Origin: an uncultured delta proteobacterium
Lineage (GTDB): Bacteria; Myxococcota_A; UBA9160; SMWR01
Assembly: GCA_963832165.1 (NCBI GenBank)
Contig: CAWHTE010000004.1
Span: 96,001-160,000, forward strand
Length of the DNA stretch: 64,000 nt
Reading direction: 5' to 3'
A model generated the notes under the pieces. The model saw only the letters and a program-made list of their open reading frames with translations. It was not told the origin of the DNA and ran no database searches. Positions 1-19,363 of the stretch are shown here, one piece after another. How positions within the stretch are numbered: position 1 is the first letter of the stretch; every line of letters begins with the position of its first letter. The position numbers were made by a program, and so were the translations under genes.

Positions 1-268
1 GATGGACGTCGCCACTGCGGTGCGCGAGAACAAGGCCGGCAAGGTCGAGTACAAAGTTGACAAGTCGGGCATCATTCACGCCGTCGTCGGGAAGAAGTCC
101 TTCGACGCCCAGAAGATCGTCGACAACGCGGCGGCACTGATCGACGCGATCGTGCGCGCGAAGCCGTCGTCCTCGAAGGGCATCTACCTCAAGAAGATCA
201 CGATCTCGACCACGATGGGGCCTGGGATCCGGATCGATCCGGCGACTCTGCCGGCGGCAGCGGCATAA
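1..268 (+). CDS. rplA: 50S ribosomal protein L1 (3' part, truncated by window edge)
   Basis: [38 protein letters not shown] is the L1 C-terminus; lies upstream of rplJ. Confidence 0.97.
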   Translation, partial: MDVATAVRENKAGKVEYKVDKSGIIHAVVGKKSFDAQKIVDNAAALIDAIVRAKPSSSKGIYLKKITISTTMGPGIRIDPATLPAAAA

Positions 269-279
269 GGGGGCACGTC

Positions 280-813
280 TTGCTTTCGCGAGCGCAAAAA
301 GAAGCCCAGGTGGCCGAGCTGAAGGACAAGTTCAGCCGCGCGACTTGCTTGTACCTCGTCGACTATCGCGGGCTCGACGTCGAGTCGGTGAACAAGCTGC
401 GCCGCCGCGTGCGCAAAGAGGGCGACGGCAAGCACGAGTACCGCGTGCTCAAGAACGCGGTGCTGCGCCGCGCCGTCGAGGGATCCGAGTACGCGAGCGT
501 CGTCGAGAAGTTCGTGGGGCCCACCGCCGTCGCGCTGTCGTACGGCGATCCCGCGGGCCTCGCGAAGATCCTCGATCAGTTCGCCGAGGAGAACCAGAAG
601 TTCGAACTCAAGGGAGGCGTCGTCGACGGCGTCGCGCTCGAGCGCGCCGACATCGCGAAGCTCGCGACGCTGCCGAGTCTCGACGAGCTGCGCGGGAAGA
701 TCGTCGGGCTCCTGCTGGCTCCCGCGACCAAGCTCGCGCGGCTCATCTCCGAGCCGGGCGCGGGCCTCGCGCGACTGCTCGCCGCGCACGCCAAACAGGG
801 GGAGGCGGGCTGA
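280..813 (+). CDS. rplJ: 50S ribosomal protein L10
   Basis: VDYRGL, VLKN, LKGGVVDG, LATLPS motifs; TTG start after GGGGG; precedes rplL. Confidence 0.96.
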   Translation: MLSRAQKEAQVAELKDKFSRATCLYLVDYRGLDVESVNKLRRRVRKEGDGKHEYRVLKNAVLRRAVEGSEYASVVEKFVGPTAVALSYGDPAGLAKILDQFAEENQKFELKGGVVDGVALERADIAKLATLPSLDELRGKIVGLLLAPATKLARLISEPGAGLARLLAAHAKQGEAG

Positions 814-821
814 GCCTCCCC
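799..821 (+). other. GC-rich hairpin spanning the rplJ stop codon
   Basis: GGGGAGGC (799-806) pairs with GCCTCCCC (814-821); no U-tract. Confidence 0.5.
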
Positions 822-899
822 ATCAACCGTCTCCGGTTCTCGATTCCTTTCAACATCTGCTCGGTGATCCGGGCACAGTCCAGAGGGTAGAACGCAATC

Positions 900-1271
900 A
901 TGGCCGATCTGAACGCAATCGTGGACAACCTCTCGAGCCTCACGGTGATGGAGGCCGCAGAGCTCGCCAAGCTGCTCGAAGAGAAGTGGGGCGTCTCCGC
1001 CGCCGCGCCTGTGGCCGTGGCAGCCGGAGCAGTGGCCGCCGCGCCTGCCGCGGCAGAGAAGGAGGAGTTCGACGTGATCCTCCTCTCCGCGGGCGACAAG
1101 AAGATCCAGGTGATCAAGGAAGTGCGAGCCATCACGAGCCTCGGCCTCAAGGAGGCGAAGGATCTCGTGGAGGGTGCGCCCAAGCCGCTCAAGGAGGGCG
1201 TCACCAAGGAAGAGGCGGCAAAGCTCAAGGAGCAGATCGAAGCCGCTGGTGGTCAGGTCGACATCAAGTAG
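900..1271 (+). CDS. rplL: 50S ribosomal protein L7/L12
   Basis: [12 protein letters not shown] hinge, [24 protein letters not shown]. Confidence 0.98.
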   Translation: MADLNAIVDNLSSLTVMEAAELAKLLEEKWGVSAAAPVAVAAGAVAAAPAAAEKEEFDVILLSAGDKKIQVIKEVRAITSLGLKEAKDLVEGAPKPLKEGVTKEEAAKLKEQIEAAGGQVDIK

Positions 1272-1276
1272 CCGAG

Positions 1277-1306
1277 CGCGCGGCCGGCGTTCTGACCGGC
1301 CGTGCG
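1277..1306 (+). terminator. hairpin between rplL and rpoB (possible partial terminator or processing site)
   Basis: CGCGCGGCCGG pairs with CCGGCCGTGCG; weak U-tract. Confidence 0.4.
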
Positions 1307-1359
1307 TGATTCGACCGTCGGGCCCCCTAACACCGCCATCCGGAGGGTGAAACCAACCC

Positions 1360-5550
<4,191 letters not shown>

Positions 5551-5565
5551 GAGAGGTCATCCCCT

Positions 5566-9747
<4,182 letters not shown>

Positions 9748-9753
9748 TTCGCC

Positions 9754-9781
9754 AGGCGGGCGACCCTTCGGTCGCCCGCCT
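9754..9781. terminator. probable bidirectional terminator hairpin between rpoC and the TadG-like gene
   Basis: AGGCGGGCGACC-CTTC-GGTCGCCCGCCT, perfect 12-bp stem between convergent genes. Confidence 0.75.
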
Positions 9782-9801
9782 TACTCAGCCGATCGAGACG
9801 G

Positions 9802-11070
9802 CTACTCGACCAGAACGAGCTGGTTCGCGCGCAGACCGAAGTTGCAGCCGCCCGGCGCGGTCGGGTTCTCTTCCTCGTCGTCGTCGCGGCAGTACTGGTC
9901 GAACAGCGCGCGAACCTGGGCGTCGGTCGAATTCGGGCACAGCGCGCGCCCCTTGATCAAGCGGCTCGTGCCCGTCAATGGCGCGGAGCAGCCCTTGCCC
10001 GGCGCGGGCGCGATGATCTCGCGAATCTCGAAGCACACGCCGCCCGTGATCTTGAACGGCGAACCGCCCGCACAGTGCGCGGTGTCCTGGCACTCCACCA
10101 CGGGCAGCTTCACTACCCAGGAGTCGGGGAAGCCGCCCCCGTACAGACTCGCGCCTGCGGGCGTGTTGAACTTGCCGCAGCCGTAGAACTTGTCGCGGAT
10201 GTAATCGGTGACGGCCGTCTTGTCGCCGTTGTCGAGATAGACCGCATCGCCCGCGTCGACGCCGACAGGGTTTCCGTCGTCCACGATCCCCTTGAGACCC
10301 GGCACGTTGATCGCCGGGTGTTCGCCGTCAAACGCCGTGTAGCACATGTTCTGATCGGCGGTGTTGGAGAACTCCCCGCAGATCATCCCCGCGGTGTTGG
10401 TCTGCGGCCGCTCGAGCGCGCAGGCGCCCGACGGGATGTGCGTGCAAAAGTCGTTGCCACAGCCGCCGTTGTTCGAGAGCTCGCAACTGTCGATCGCGAC
10501 CGGGAGGTTGAAGTCGCCGGGCTCCCAACTGCCCACGAAACCCTTGTAGGCAACCGCTGTGTTCGCGACGTCGAAGCCGTCGAGATAGGGCCGCGAGTCG
10601 TCCTCGCGCTGGAGGAGCCGCGAGAGCAGGCCCGGCGAGCGCGCGTTCTTGGAGCCGTCCATGTCCACGTTCACGCGCACGCCCGTGACCAGGTCCGGGT
10701 TGGTCAGGTCGACCGAGGTATCGAGCGTGCGTGTGTTGAGGTCCCAGTTGCCGAAGGTGAAGTCGCCGGGCACCACGGTGACCGAGTCGTTGGCCACGGT
10801 GGAGTTGCTGGCGGCGTAGGTGGTCCCCACGGTGATGGCGTTGCCCAGCGTGACCGTCGCCGCACCGGTACCCACCTGGTTGATCATCGTCGAGGCCGCC
10901 GCTAGCGCCGCGGCGTCCCCCGCGTTCTGGCTCTGGGTGCGGCTCGCCCAGATGAAGCCGACGTCGATCGCGAGCGCCGCGAACAGAACGAGCGCCACCA
11001 TCGCCAGCGCCGCGATCACCATCACCGAGCCGCGCTCTGCGCGCTGCTTCGGGGTCCGATTCTCTCTCAT
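9802..11070 (-). CDS. TadG-like (Flp/Tad pilus assembly) protein with Cys-rich C-terminal domain
   Basis: ERGSVMVIAALAMVALVLFAALAIDVG..QSQNAGDAAALAAA is the Tad/TadG N-terminus; GGAGG upstream of ATG 11070; 14 Cys in the C-terminal half. Confidence 0.85.
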   Translation of the reverse strand: MRENRTPKQRAERGSVMVIAALAMVALVLFAALAIDVGFIWASRTQSQNAGDAAALAAASTMINQVGTGAATVTLGNAITVGTTYAASNSTVANDSVTVVPGDFTFGNWDLNTRTLDTSVDLTNPDLVTGVRVNVDMDGSKNARSPGLLSRLLQREDDSRPYLDGFDVANTAVAYKGFVGSWEPGDFNLPVAIDSCELSNNGGCGNDFCTHIPSGACALERPQTNTAGMICGEFSNTADQNMCYTAFDGEHPAINVPGLKGIVDDGNPVGVDAGDAVYLDNGDKTAVTDYIRDKFYGCGKFNTPAGASLYGGGFPDSWVVKLPVVECQDTAHCAGGSPFKITGGVCFEIREIIAPAPGKGCSAPLTGTSRLIKGRALCPNSTDAQVRALFDQYCRDDDEEENPTAPGGCNFGLRANQLVLVE

Positions 11071-11444
11071 GCTCAGCCTCCGGGTTCCTGCTCCGCGCCA
11101 GGTGCGCGCTGCGAGAGCTCGGAGGCACGCTCGAGCGGGTCCGGGACCCGGTCGGAGGGGCTGCTCGTCAGGAGCACTGCCCCTCCGTGGAGGATCCACG
11201 TCCAGCCGCCCATCCGCGTTCCTGCTCAGCTTTCGCAACTTCCGCGCGGGGATCGCATCCTACCACGCGGGCACTGGCACCGTTTCGAGGTTTTTTGGCT
11301 ACCCGGGTGGCCGGGAAGCATCCCGACCCGGTCGCGGGCCCGTCCCGGCGGGGACGAAGCTCGCTTCCAGGTCGAGATACAGAGTGGGTGGCCGGTCGCC
11401 CGATCGAGGTTGCACAAGGGTCGATTTCCGTCGCTGTGCGTGCG

Positions 11445-11472
11445 TTGACAGGGGTCCCAAGGTCGCTAGGAT
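11445..11472 (+). promoter_or_regulatory. sigma70-type promoter for the str/S10 operons
   Basis: TTGACA (11445-11450), 16-nt spacer, TAGGAT (11467-11472), about 200 nt upstream of rpsL. Confidence 0.65.
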
Positions 11473-11494
11473 CCGCCAGTTTTTCGACTTAGGG

Positions 11495-11593
11495 CCGCTC
11501 TCCCGCGGTTCGCCTCCGACGAGCGGAGGGGGTTCCTCGAAGCGCATCGCTTCCGGTCCCTCCGCGAGCGGCAGGCTGAACGTGGGGGAGCGG
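11495..11593 (+). promoter_or_regulatory. structured 5' leader of rpsL
   Basis: nested pairings CCGCTCTCCCGC/GTGGGGGAGCGG, GTTCGCCT/AGGCTGAAC, GCGGAGGG/CCCTCCGC, GAAGCG/CGCTTC. Confidence 0.5.
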
Positions 11594-11676
11594 TGTCTTT
11601 CGGGAATCAAACTTTCTTTTGAGCGCTGGGCAAGTTTCGCGCAGCGAGCGAACGACCAGATCGGAGTAGACCCCTC

Positions 11677-12048
11677 ATGCCCACCGTTCAGCAGCTCGTG
11701 CGCCACGGTCGCAAGCGACCGCGCTCGCGCTCGAAGTCGCCCGACCTGCTCTCGTGTCCGCAGCGGCGCGGTGTGTGTCTGCGCGTGTTCACGCAGACAC
11801 CCAAGAAGCCGAACTCGGCACTGCGCAAGGTTGCGCGCGTTCGCCTCACCAACGGCCGCGAGGTCAACGCCTACATCCCCGGCGAGGGACACAACCTCCA
11901 GGAGCACAGCGTCGTGCTGATCCGCGGCGGACGCGTGAAGGATCTTCCGGGTGTCCGCTACCACATCGTGCGCGGCACGCTCGACACGACCGGAGTGACG
12001 GCGCGCCACCGCAGCCGTTCGAAGTACGGCGCCAAACGTCCGAAGTAG
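11677..12048 (+). CDS. rpsL: 30S ribosomal protein S12
   Basis: [27 protein letters not shown]. Confidence 0.99.
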   Translation: MPTVQQLVRHGRKRPRSRSKSPDLLSCPQRRGVCLRVFTQTPKKPNSALRKVARVRLTNGREVNAYIPGEGHNLQEHSVVLIRGGRVKDLPGVRYHIVRGTLDTTGVTARHRSRSKYGAKRPK

Positions 12049-12137
12049 TCCGATTTCGGCAACCGGGCGCCGTCGGAGGTCGGCAGCGCCCGGCCGCCGC
12101 ATGATCGTCCGCGCTCGCGCGGTGAGAGAGATCCGAG

Positions 12138-12608
12138 ATGCCCCGACGGCGCGACGTTCCGAAGCGCGAGACGCTGCCCGATCCGAAGTACAGCGATCGG
12201 ATGGTGGGTCGCTTCGTCAACGTCCTGATGGTGGACGGCAAGAAGAGCACCGCCGAGCACATCGTCTACGGCGCGTTCCAGGTGATCGAGTCGAAGACGC
12301 GGAACGATCCGTTGGCGATGTTCCGCCGCGCACTCGAGAACGTTCGACCCCGCGTCGAGGTGAAGTCGCGGCGCGTCGGCGGCGCGACCTATCAGGTTCC
12401 GATCGAGGTTCGGCCGGAGCGCGCGTCTTCGCTCGCAATGCGCTGGCTCAAGGAGTACGCGCGCGGGCGCGCGGGCAAGAGCATGCGCGAGAAGCTGGCC
12501 GACGAGATCATCGATGCGGCGAACGAGCGCGGCGAGGCGGTCAAGAAGCGCGAAGACACCCATCGGATGGCGGAGGCCAACAAGGCCTTCTCCCACTACC
12601 GCTGGTAA
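12138..12608 (+). CDS. rpsG: 30S ribosomal protein S7
   Basis: [26 protein letters not shown]. Confidence 0.99.
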   Translation: MPRRRDVPKRETLPDPKYSDRMVGRFVNVLMVDGKKSTAEHIVYGAFQVIESKTRNDPLAMFRRALENVRPRVEVKSRRVGGATYQVPIEVRPERASSLAMRWLKEYARGRAGKSMREKLADEIIDAANERGEAVKKREDTHRMAEANKAFSHYRW

Positions 12609-12627
12609 CGGAGCGCCCGAGATCGTC

Positions 12628-14697
12628 ATGCCGCGTCAGGCACCGCTCGAGCGCACGCGCAACATCGGCATCATGGCCCACATCGATGCCGGGAAGACGA
12701 CGACTACCGAGCGGATCCTGTTCTACACCGGCGTCAACTACAAGATGGGTGAAGTGCACGACGGCGCCGCAACGATGGACTGGATGGAGCAGGAGCAGGA
12801 GCGTGGCATCACGATCACGTCGGCCGCGACCACCTGCTTCTGGAACGACCATCGCATCAACATCATCGACACGCCGGGCCACGTGGACTTCACGATCGAG
12901 GTCGAGCGCTCGCTGCGCGTGCTCGACGGCGCGGTCGCGGTGTTCGACGGCGTGGCCGGAGTCGAGCCGCAGTCCGAGACGGTCTGGCGCCAGGCGGAGA
13001 AGTACCGCGTGCCGCGGATCGCGTTCGTGAACAAGATGGACCGCGTCGGCGCAGACTTCGAGCGCGTCGTCGCGATGATCCGCTCGCGTCTCGGCGCCAC
13101 CGCGATCCCGCTCCAGCTGCCGATCGGCGCGGAGGACAAGTTTTCGGGCGTCGTCGATCTCCTCGAGGAGCAGGCGATCGTCTGGGACGACACGAGCCTC
13201 GGTGCGAGCTTCGAGACGCGACCCGTGCCCGAAGAGCTGCGCGCCGCGGCGCAGAGCGCCCGCGAGGCCGTGATCGAGGCGGTCGCCGATTTCGACGATG
13301 CACTCACGGCGAAGTACCTCGACGGCGAGCCGATCTCGGCCGATCAAGTGCGCAAGGCGCTGCGCGAGGCGACGCTGCGCCTCGAAGTCGTGCCCGTGCT
13401 ATGCGGCGCGGCGTTCAAGAACAAGGGCGTGCAGCCGCTGCTCGACGGAATCGTGCACTACCTGCCGTCGCCGCTCGACGTCCCGCCCGTGGAGGGCACC
13501 AACCCGAAGACGGGCGAGATCGTCCAGCGCAAGGCCGACGACAACGAGCCGTTCTCGGCCCTCGTGTTCAAGCTGATGAACGACAAGCACGTCGGCCATC
13601 TCACCTACGTCCGCGTCTACTCGGGCCGCGTGGAGCCCGGCACGCAGGTGATCAACGCCGCGACCGGCAAGAAGGAGCGGATCGGGCGGCTGCTCCAGAT
13701 GCACGCGAACAAGCGCGAGGAGATCGAGGAGATCGGCGCGGGAGACATCGCGGCGGTCGTGGGCCTCAAGCTCTCGCGCACGGGCGACACGCTGTGCGAT
13801 TTCCACAAGCAGATCCTGCTCGAGTCGCTGCACTTCCCCGAGCCCGTGCTCTCGATCGCGATCGAGCCGAAGACCCAGGCCGACATGGACAAGCTCGCGC
13901 AGTCGCTCGATCGGCTGACCCAGGAAGACCCGTCGTTCCGGCGCTCGGTCGACGAGGAGACCGGGCAGACGATCATCTCCGGAATGGGCGAGCTCCACCT
14001 CGAGATCATCGCCGATCGCCTCGTGCGCGAGTTCGGAGTGGAGGCCAATGTCGGCAAGCCGCAGGTCGCCTACAAGGAGACGATCACGCGGCAGGTGACT
14101 GTCGAGGGCCGCTACATCAAGCAGACCGGTGGGTCGGGAGACTACGCGGTCGTGAAGCTCCAGGTCGGGCCGAGCAAGCCCGGCGCGGGCTTCTCGTTCG
14201 AGAACGCGCTCAAGGGTGGGGACCTGCCGCGCGAGTTCGTGCCCTCGATCGAGCGCGGCTGCGAGGAGGCGACGCAGAGCGGCGCGCTCGCGGGCTATCC
14301 CGTGGTCGACGTCGCGGTGCGCCTGATCGACGGACAGGCCCACGAGGTCGACTCGTCGGAGCGCTCGTTCAAGATCGCGGCCTCGATGGCGATCAAGGAT
14401 GCGTTCGAGCAGGCGGGACCGGTGCTGCTCGAGCCCGTGATGGCGGTCGAGGTCGTCGTCCCCGACGAGTTCGTCGGCGGCGTGCATGGCGATCTGTCGA
14501 GCCGGCGCGGCGAGATCACCGGCTTCGATACGCGCGGCAACGCCCAGGTCGTGACCGCCGAGGTCCCGCTCTCGAACATGTTCGGCTACGTGAACGAGCT
14601 CCGCTCGCTCACGCAGGGCCGCGCCACCTACACGATGCAGTTCCTGCGCTACGCGCAGGTTCCGGATTCGGTCCGCGACAAACTCGTCTTTCACTGA
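12628..14697 (+). CDS. fusA: elongation factor G
   Basis: [27 protein letters not shown] 12628 after rpsG. Confidence 0.98.
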   Translation: MPRQAPLERTRNIGIMAHIDAGKTTTTERILFYTGVNYKMGEVHDGAATMDWMEQEQERGITITSAATTCFWNDHRINIIDTPGHVDFTIEVERSLRVLDGAVAVFDGVAGVEPQSETVWRQAEKYRVPRIAFVNKMDRVGADFERVVAMIRSRLGATAIPLQLPIGAEDKFSGVVDLLEEQAIVWDDTSLGASFETRPVPEELRAAAQSAREAVIEAVADFDDALTAKYLDGEPISADQVRKALREATLRLEVVPVLCGAAFKNKGVQPLLDGIVHYLPSPLDVPPVEGTNPKTGEIVQRKADDNEPFSALVFKLMNDKHVGHLTYVRVYSGRVEPGTQVINAATGKKERIGRLLQMHANKREEIEEIGAGDIAAVVGLKLSRTGDTLCDFHKQILLESLHFPEPVLSIAIEPKTQADMDKLAQSLDRLTQEDPSFRRSVDEETGQTIISGMGELHLEIIADRLVREFGVEANVGKPQVAYKETITRQVTVEGRYIKQTGGSGDYAVVKLQVGPSKPGAGFSFENALKGGDLPREFVPSIERGCEEATQSGALAGYPVVDVAVRLIDGQAHEVDSSERSFKIAASMAIKDAFEQAGPVLLEPVMAVEVVVPDEFVGGVHGDLSSRRGEITGFDTRGNAQVVTAEVPLSNMFGYVNELRSLTQGRATYTMQFLRYAQVPDSVRDKLVFH

Positions 14698-14710
14698 GGA
14701 GACCGGAGAA

Positions 14711-15901
<1,191 letters not shown>

Positions 15902-15912
15902 GTAGTAGGCAT

Positions 15913-16230
15913 ATGGGCGATCTCGCATCTCAAAAGATTCGCATCCGGATGAAGGCCTACGACTTCAAGCTGCTCGATCAGAGCGCTGGCGAGATCGTCG
16001 ACACGGCAATGCGCACGGGCGCGCGCGTCGCGGGGCCGATTCCGCTGCCCACGAGCATCAACAAGTACACGGTGCTGCGCGGCCCGCACATCGACAAGAA
16101 GTCGCGCGAGCAGTTCGAGACTCGCACGCACAAGCGCCTGATCGACATCCTCGATCCGACGCCGCAGACCGTGGACGCGCTCATGAAGCTCGAGCTCGCG
16201 GCGGGCGTCGACGTGGAGATCAAACTGTAG
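15913..16230 (+). CDS. rpsJ: 30S ribosomal protein S10
   Basis: [33 protein letters not shown]. Confidence 0.98.
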   Translation: MGDLASQKIRIRMKAYDFKLLDQSAGEIVDTAMRTGARVAGPIPLPTSINKYTVLRGPHIDKKSREQFETRTHKRLIDILDPTPQTVDALMKLELAAGVDVEIKL

Positions 16231-16232
16231 TC

Positions 16233-16896
16233 ATGGCCACGGTGAACGTCGTAACGGTGAAGAATGCCAGCGCGGGCTCGATCGAGCTCCCGCCCGCGGT
16301 CTTCGAGGTCAAGGTGAAGCCCGACCTCTTCCACGCCGAGGTGCGCCGGCAGCTCGCCGCGCGCCACACGGGCACCCACAGCACGAAGAATCGCCACATG
16401 GTGTCGGGTGGCGGGTCGAAGCCGTGGCGGCAGAAGGGCACCGGGCGCGCGCGCCAGGGCAGCACGCGATCGCCGCAGTGGTCCGGCGGCGGCGTCGTGT
16501 TCGGTCCGGTTCCGCGGAGCTACGACCACTCGCTCCCGAAGAAGGTACGGCGCGCGGCGCTGCGCGGAGCGCTGTCGCTGCGCCAGCAGGAGAGCGCGAT
16601 CACGGTGGTCGACGAGCTTCGACCTCTCCGAGTTCAAGACCAAGCGGGTAGCCGAGATCCTGTCCGCACTCGGGCTCTCCGGTGAGAGCGTGCTGATCGT
16701 GATCGCCGAGGCCGACGAGAAGCTCGAGGTGTCGGCGCGCAATCTGCCGCGCATCGGCGTGCTCCGCGTCGAGGGTCTCAACGTCTACGACGTGCTCCTG
16801 CACGCGCGACTCGTGCTCACGAAGGCGGCCGTCGAGGCGATCGACGTGCGCCTGTCCGAACAGCGCCGTAAAGCGGCGCGCGCGGAGTCCGCATGA
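16233..16896 (+). CDS. rplD: 50S ribosomal protein L4, split by a +1 frame break at about 16614-16620
   Basis: [15 protein letters not shown] in ORF 16233-16685; FKTK..SARNLP..LNVYDVL continues in the +1 frame to 16896. Confidence 0.93.
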
Positions 16897-17180
16897 ACCT
16901 CCACGACGTCATACGTCGACCGCTCGTCACCGAGAAGAGCACGGTGGGCCGCGAGACGGCCAACGTCGTCACGCTCGCGGTCGACCCGCGCGCGAGCAAG
17001 CACGACATCCAGCGCGCCGTCGAGATGCTGTTCGACGTGAAGGTCGAGAGCGTCCGCACGATGCGGATGGCGCCCAAGCAGCGGCGCGTCGGAAAGAGCC
17101 AGGGGCGCAAGCCCGAGTGGAAGAAGGCGCTCGTGTGTCTGGCGGAAGGCCAGAGCATCGAGTTCTTCGAGGGAATGTGA
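16893..17180 (+). CDS. rplW: 50S ribosomal protein L23
   Basis: [23 protein letters not shown]. Confidence 0.96.
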   Translation: MNLHDVIRRPLVTEKSTVGRETANVVTLAVDPRASKHDIQRAVEMLFDVKVESVRTMRMAPKQRRVGKSQGRKPEWKKALVCLAEGQSIEFFEGM

Positions 17181-18010
17181 TGCCGGTCCGAAACTTCCGA
17201 CCCACGACTCCCGGACGCCGCGACATGAGCGTCTCCGACTTCTCGGAGCTCTCGCGCGGCAAGCCCGAGCGCTCGCTGCTCGAAGGGCGGCTCAACAAGA
17301 GCGGCGGCCGCAACTCCAACGGCCACGTCACCTCGTGGCACCGCGGCGGAGGGCACAAGCGCCTCTACCGCAAGATCGACTTCAAGCGCGACAAGCACGG
17401 CATCCCCGCGCGCGTCGCCGCGATCGAGTACGACCCGAACCGGTCCGCCAACATTGCGCTCCTGCACTACGCCGACGGAGAGAAGCGCTACATCCTCGCG
17501 CCGGCCGGGCTCGCGCTCGGCGATCGCGTGCAGTCGGGAGACGACGCCGAGATCCGCACCGGGAACACGCTCTCGCTCGAGAAGATCCCGCTCGGAACAG
17601 TGGTGCACGGCATCGAGACCAAGCCCGGCAAGGGTGCGCAGCTCGTGCGCTCGGCGGGCATGAGCGCGCAGCTGATGGCGCGCGAAGGACGTTATGCCAC
17701 GGTGCGCATGCCCAGCGGCGAGCACCGCCGCGTCCACGTGCGCTGCATGGCGACGATCGGGCAGGTCGGGAACACCGATCACGAGAACCAGAAGATCGGC
17801 AAGGCCGGTCGCTCGCGCTGGAAGGGCAAACGTCCGAACGTGCGCGGCGTCGCGATGAATCCGGTCGATCATCCGATGGGTGGCGGCGAAGGCAAGACGT
17901 CGGGCGGGCGCCACCCCTGCACACCGTGGGGTGTGCCGACCAAGGGTCACAAGACGCGCAACAACCCGCGCACCGACAAATACATCATCAAGCGGCGAGG
18001 CAAGAGGTAA
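17180..18010 (+). CDS. rplB: 50S ribosomal protein L2
   Basis: [26 protein letters not shown]. Confidence 0.98.
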   Translation: MPVRNFRPTTPGRRDMSVSDFSELSRGKPERSLLEGRLNKSGGRNSNGHVTSWHRGGGHKRLYRKIDFKRDKHGIPARVAAIEYDPNRSANIALLHYADGEKRYILAPAGLALGDRVQSGDDAEIRTGNTLSLEKIPLGTVVHGIETKPGKGAQLVRSAGMSAQLMAREGRYATVRMPSGEHRRVHVRCMATIGQVGNTDHENQKIGKAGRSRWKGKRPNVRGVAMNPVDHPMGGGEGKTSGGRHPCTPWGVPTKGHKTRNNPRTDKYIIKRRGKR

Positions 18011-18330
18011 TGGCGCGTTCGCTCCGGAAAGGCCCGTTCGTCGACCCGAGCCTTCAGCGCAAGGTCGATGCGTCGCTCGCGGTCGGATCGAAGCAGGTGA
18101 TTCGCACCTGGTCGCGCCGCTCGATGATCACGCCCGATTTCGTGGGCCTCACGTTCCACGTGCACAACGGCAAGCTGTTCGTCCCCGTGTTCGTGACCGA
18201 GAACATGGTCGGCCACCGCCTGGGCGAGTTCTCGCCCACGCGCAAGTTCACGGGTCACTCGGCGACGAAGAAGGTGAAGACGACGGGCGCGCCCTCTCAG
18301 GGTGGTCCGGTTCCCGGGCAGAAGTCATGA
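18010..18330 (+). CDS. rpsS: 30S ribosomal protein S19
   Basis: [30 protein letters not shown]; short C-terminal extension. Confidence 0.97.
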   Translation: MARSLRKGPFVDPSLQRKVDASLAVGSKQVIRTWSRRSMITPDFVGLTFHVHNGKLFVPVFVTENMVGHRLGEFSPTRKFTGHSATKKVKTTGAPSQGGPVPGQKS

Positions 18331-18674
18331 GCGTGACCGCATTCCTCAAGCACTACCGGGTGAGCCCGCGCAAGGTGCGGCTGCTCGCGGATCAGATCCG
18401 CGGCAAGGGCGTCGAGGAGGCGCTCGTGATCCTCGACTTGTCGCCGAAGCGCTTCTCGCGAGCGCTCGCGAAGCTCGTGCGGTCGGCGCTCGCCAACGCG
18501 GAAGAGAAGAACAGCCGGGATCACGCCGGCATCGACATCGACAATCTCGTCGTCGGGACCATCACCGTCGACCAGGGCCCGAGCATGTGGCGCGTTCGCC
18601 CGCGTGCGCAGGGGCGCGCCAACTGGGTCCAGAAGAAGACGGCAAGCGTGCGCGTCGTGCTTTCCGAGGAGTAA
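18327..18674 (+). CDS. rplV: 50S ribosomal protein L22
   Basis: [29 protein letters not shown]. Confidence 0.97.
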   Translation: MSVTAFLKHYRVSPRKVRLLADQIRGKGVEEALVILDLSPKRFSRALAKLVRSALANAEEKNSRDHAGIDIDNLVVGTITVDQGPSMWRVRPRAQGRANWVQKKTASVRVVLSEE

Positions 18675-18676
18675 TC

Positions 18677-19360
18677 GTGGGACAAAAGGTTCACCCGTAC
18701 GGATTCCGGCTCGGCTCGCTCTATGGATGGCAGTCGAACTGGTTCTCGGAGCGGCGCTATTCGGAGCAGCTGCACGAGGACATCGCGATTCGCAAGTTCA
18801 TCAAGAAGAAGCTCTACCACGCCGGCATCTCGCGCGTCGTGATCGAGCGCACCGGCGACAAGGTGGTGCTTAACATCCACACCGCGCGCCCGGGCATCCT
18901 GATCGGGAAGCGCGGCGCCGAGGTGGAGACGCTGCGCGAGGAGCTGGCGGGCTTCACCGCGAATCGCGAGGTGTTCATCAACATCAAGGAGATCCGCAAG
19001 GCGGAGCTCGATGCGCAGCTCGTCGCGGAGAACGTGGCGCTGCAGCTCGAGCGGCGCGTCGCGTTCCGGCGCGCGATGAAGAAGGCCGTGACGTCGACGA
19101 TGAAGTTCGGAGCCGGCGGAATCCGGATCCAGTGCTCGGGCCGGCTCGGTGGCTCGGAGATGGGACGCCGCGAGTGGTATCGCGAGGGCCGCGTCCCGCT
19201 CCACACGCTGCGCGCCGAGATCGACTACGGCTTCGCCGAGGCAAAGACCACGTACGGCGTGATCGGCGTGAAGTGCTGGGTATTCAAAGGCGACGTCTCC
19301 GATCGCGAGCTGCGCCAGGGCACGCTCGCTTCGCGGATCGGCGAGGTCACGACGAGATAG
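18677..19360 (+). CDS. rpsC: 30S ribosomal protein S3
   Basis: [25 protein letters not shown] start. Confidence 0.98.
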   Translation: MGQKVHPYGFRLGSLYGWQSNWFSERRYSEQLHEDIAIRKFIKKKLYHAGISRVVIERTGDKVVLNIHTARPGILIGKRGAEVETLREELAGFTANREVFINIKEIRKAELDAQLVAENVALQLERRVAFRRAMKKAVTSTMKFGAGGIRIQCSGRLGGSEMGRREWYREGRVPLHTLRAEIDYGFAEAKTTYGVIGVKCWVFKGDVSDRELRQGTLASRIGEVTTR

Positions 19361-19363
19361 GTC

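Noticed and set aside
11275..11295. TGGCAC as a sigma54 -24 box
   Set aside because: No TTGC at the -12 position
11677..12048. Possible streptomycin-resistance allele in rpsL
   Set aside because: Both relevant Lys residues (PKKPNS, RVKDLPG) are wild type
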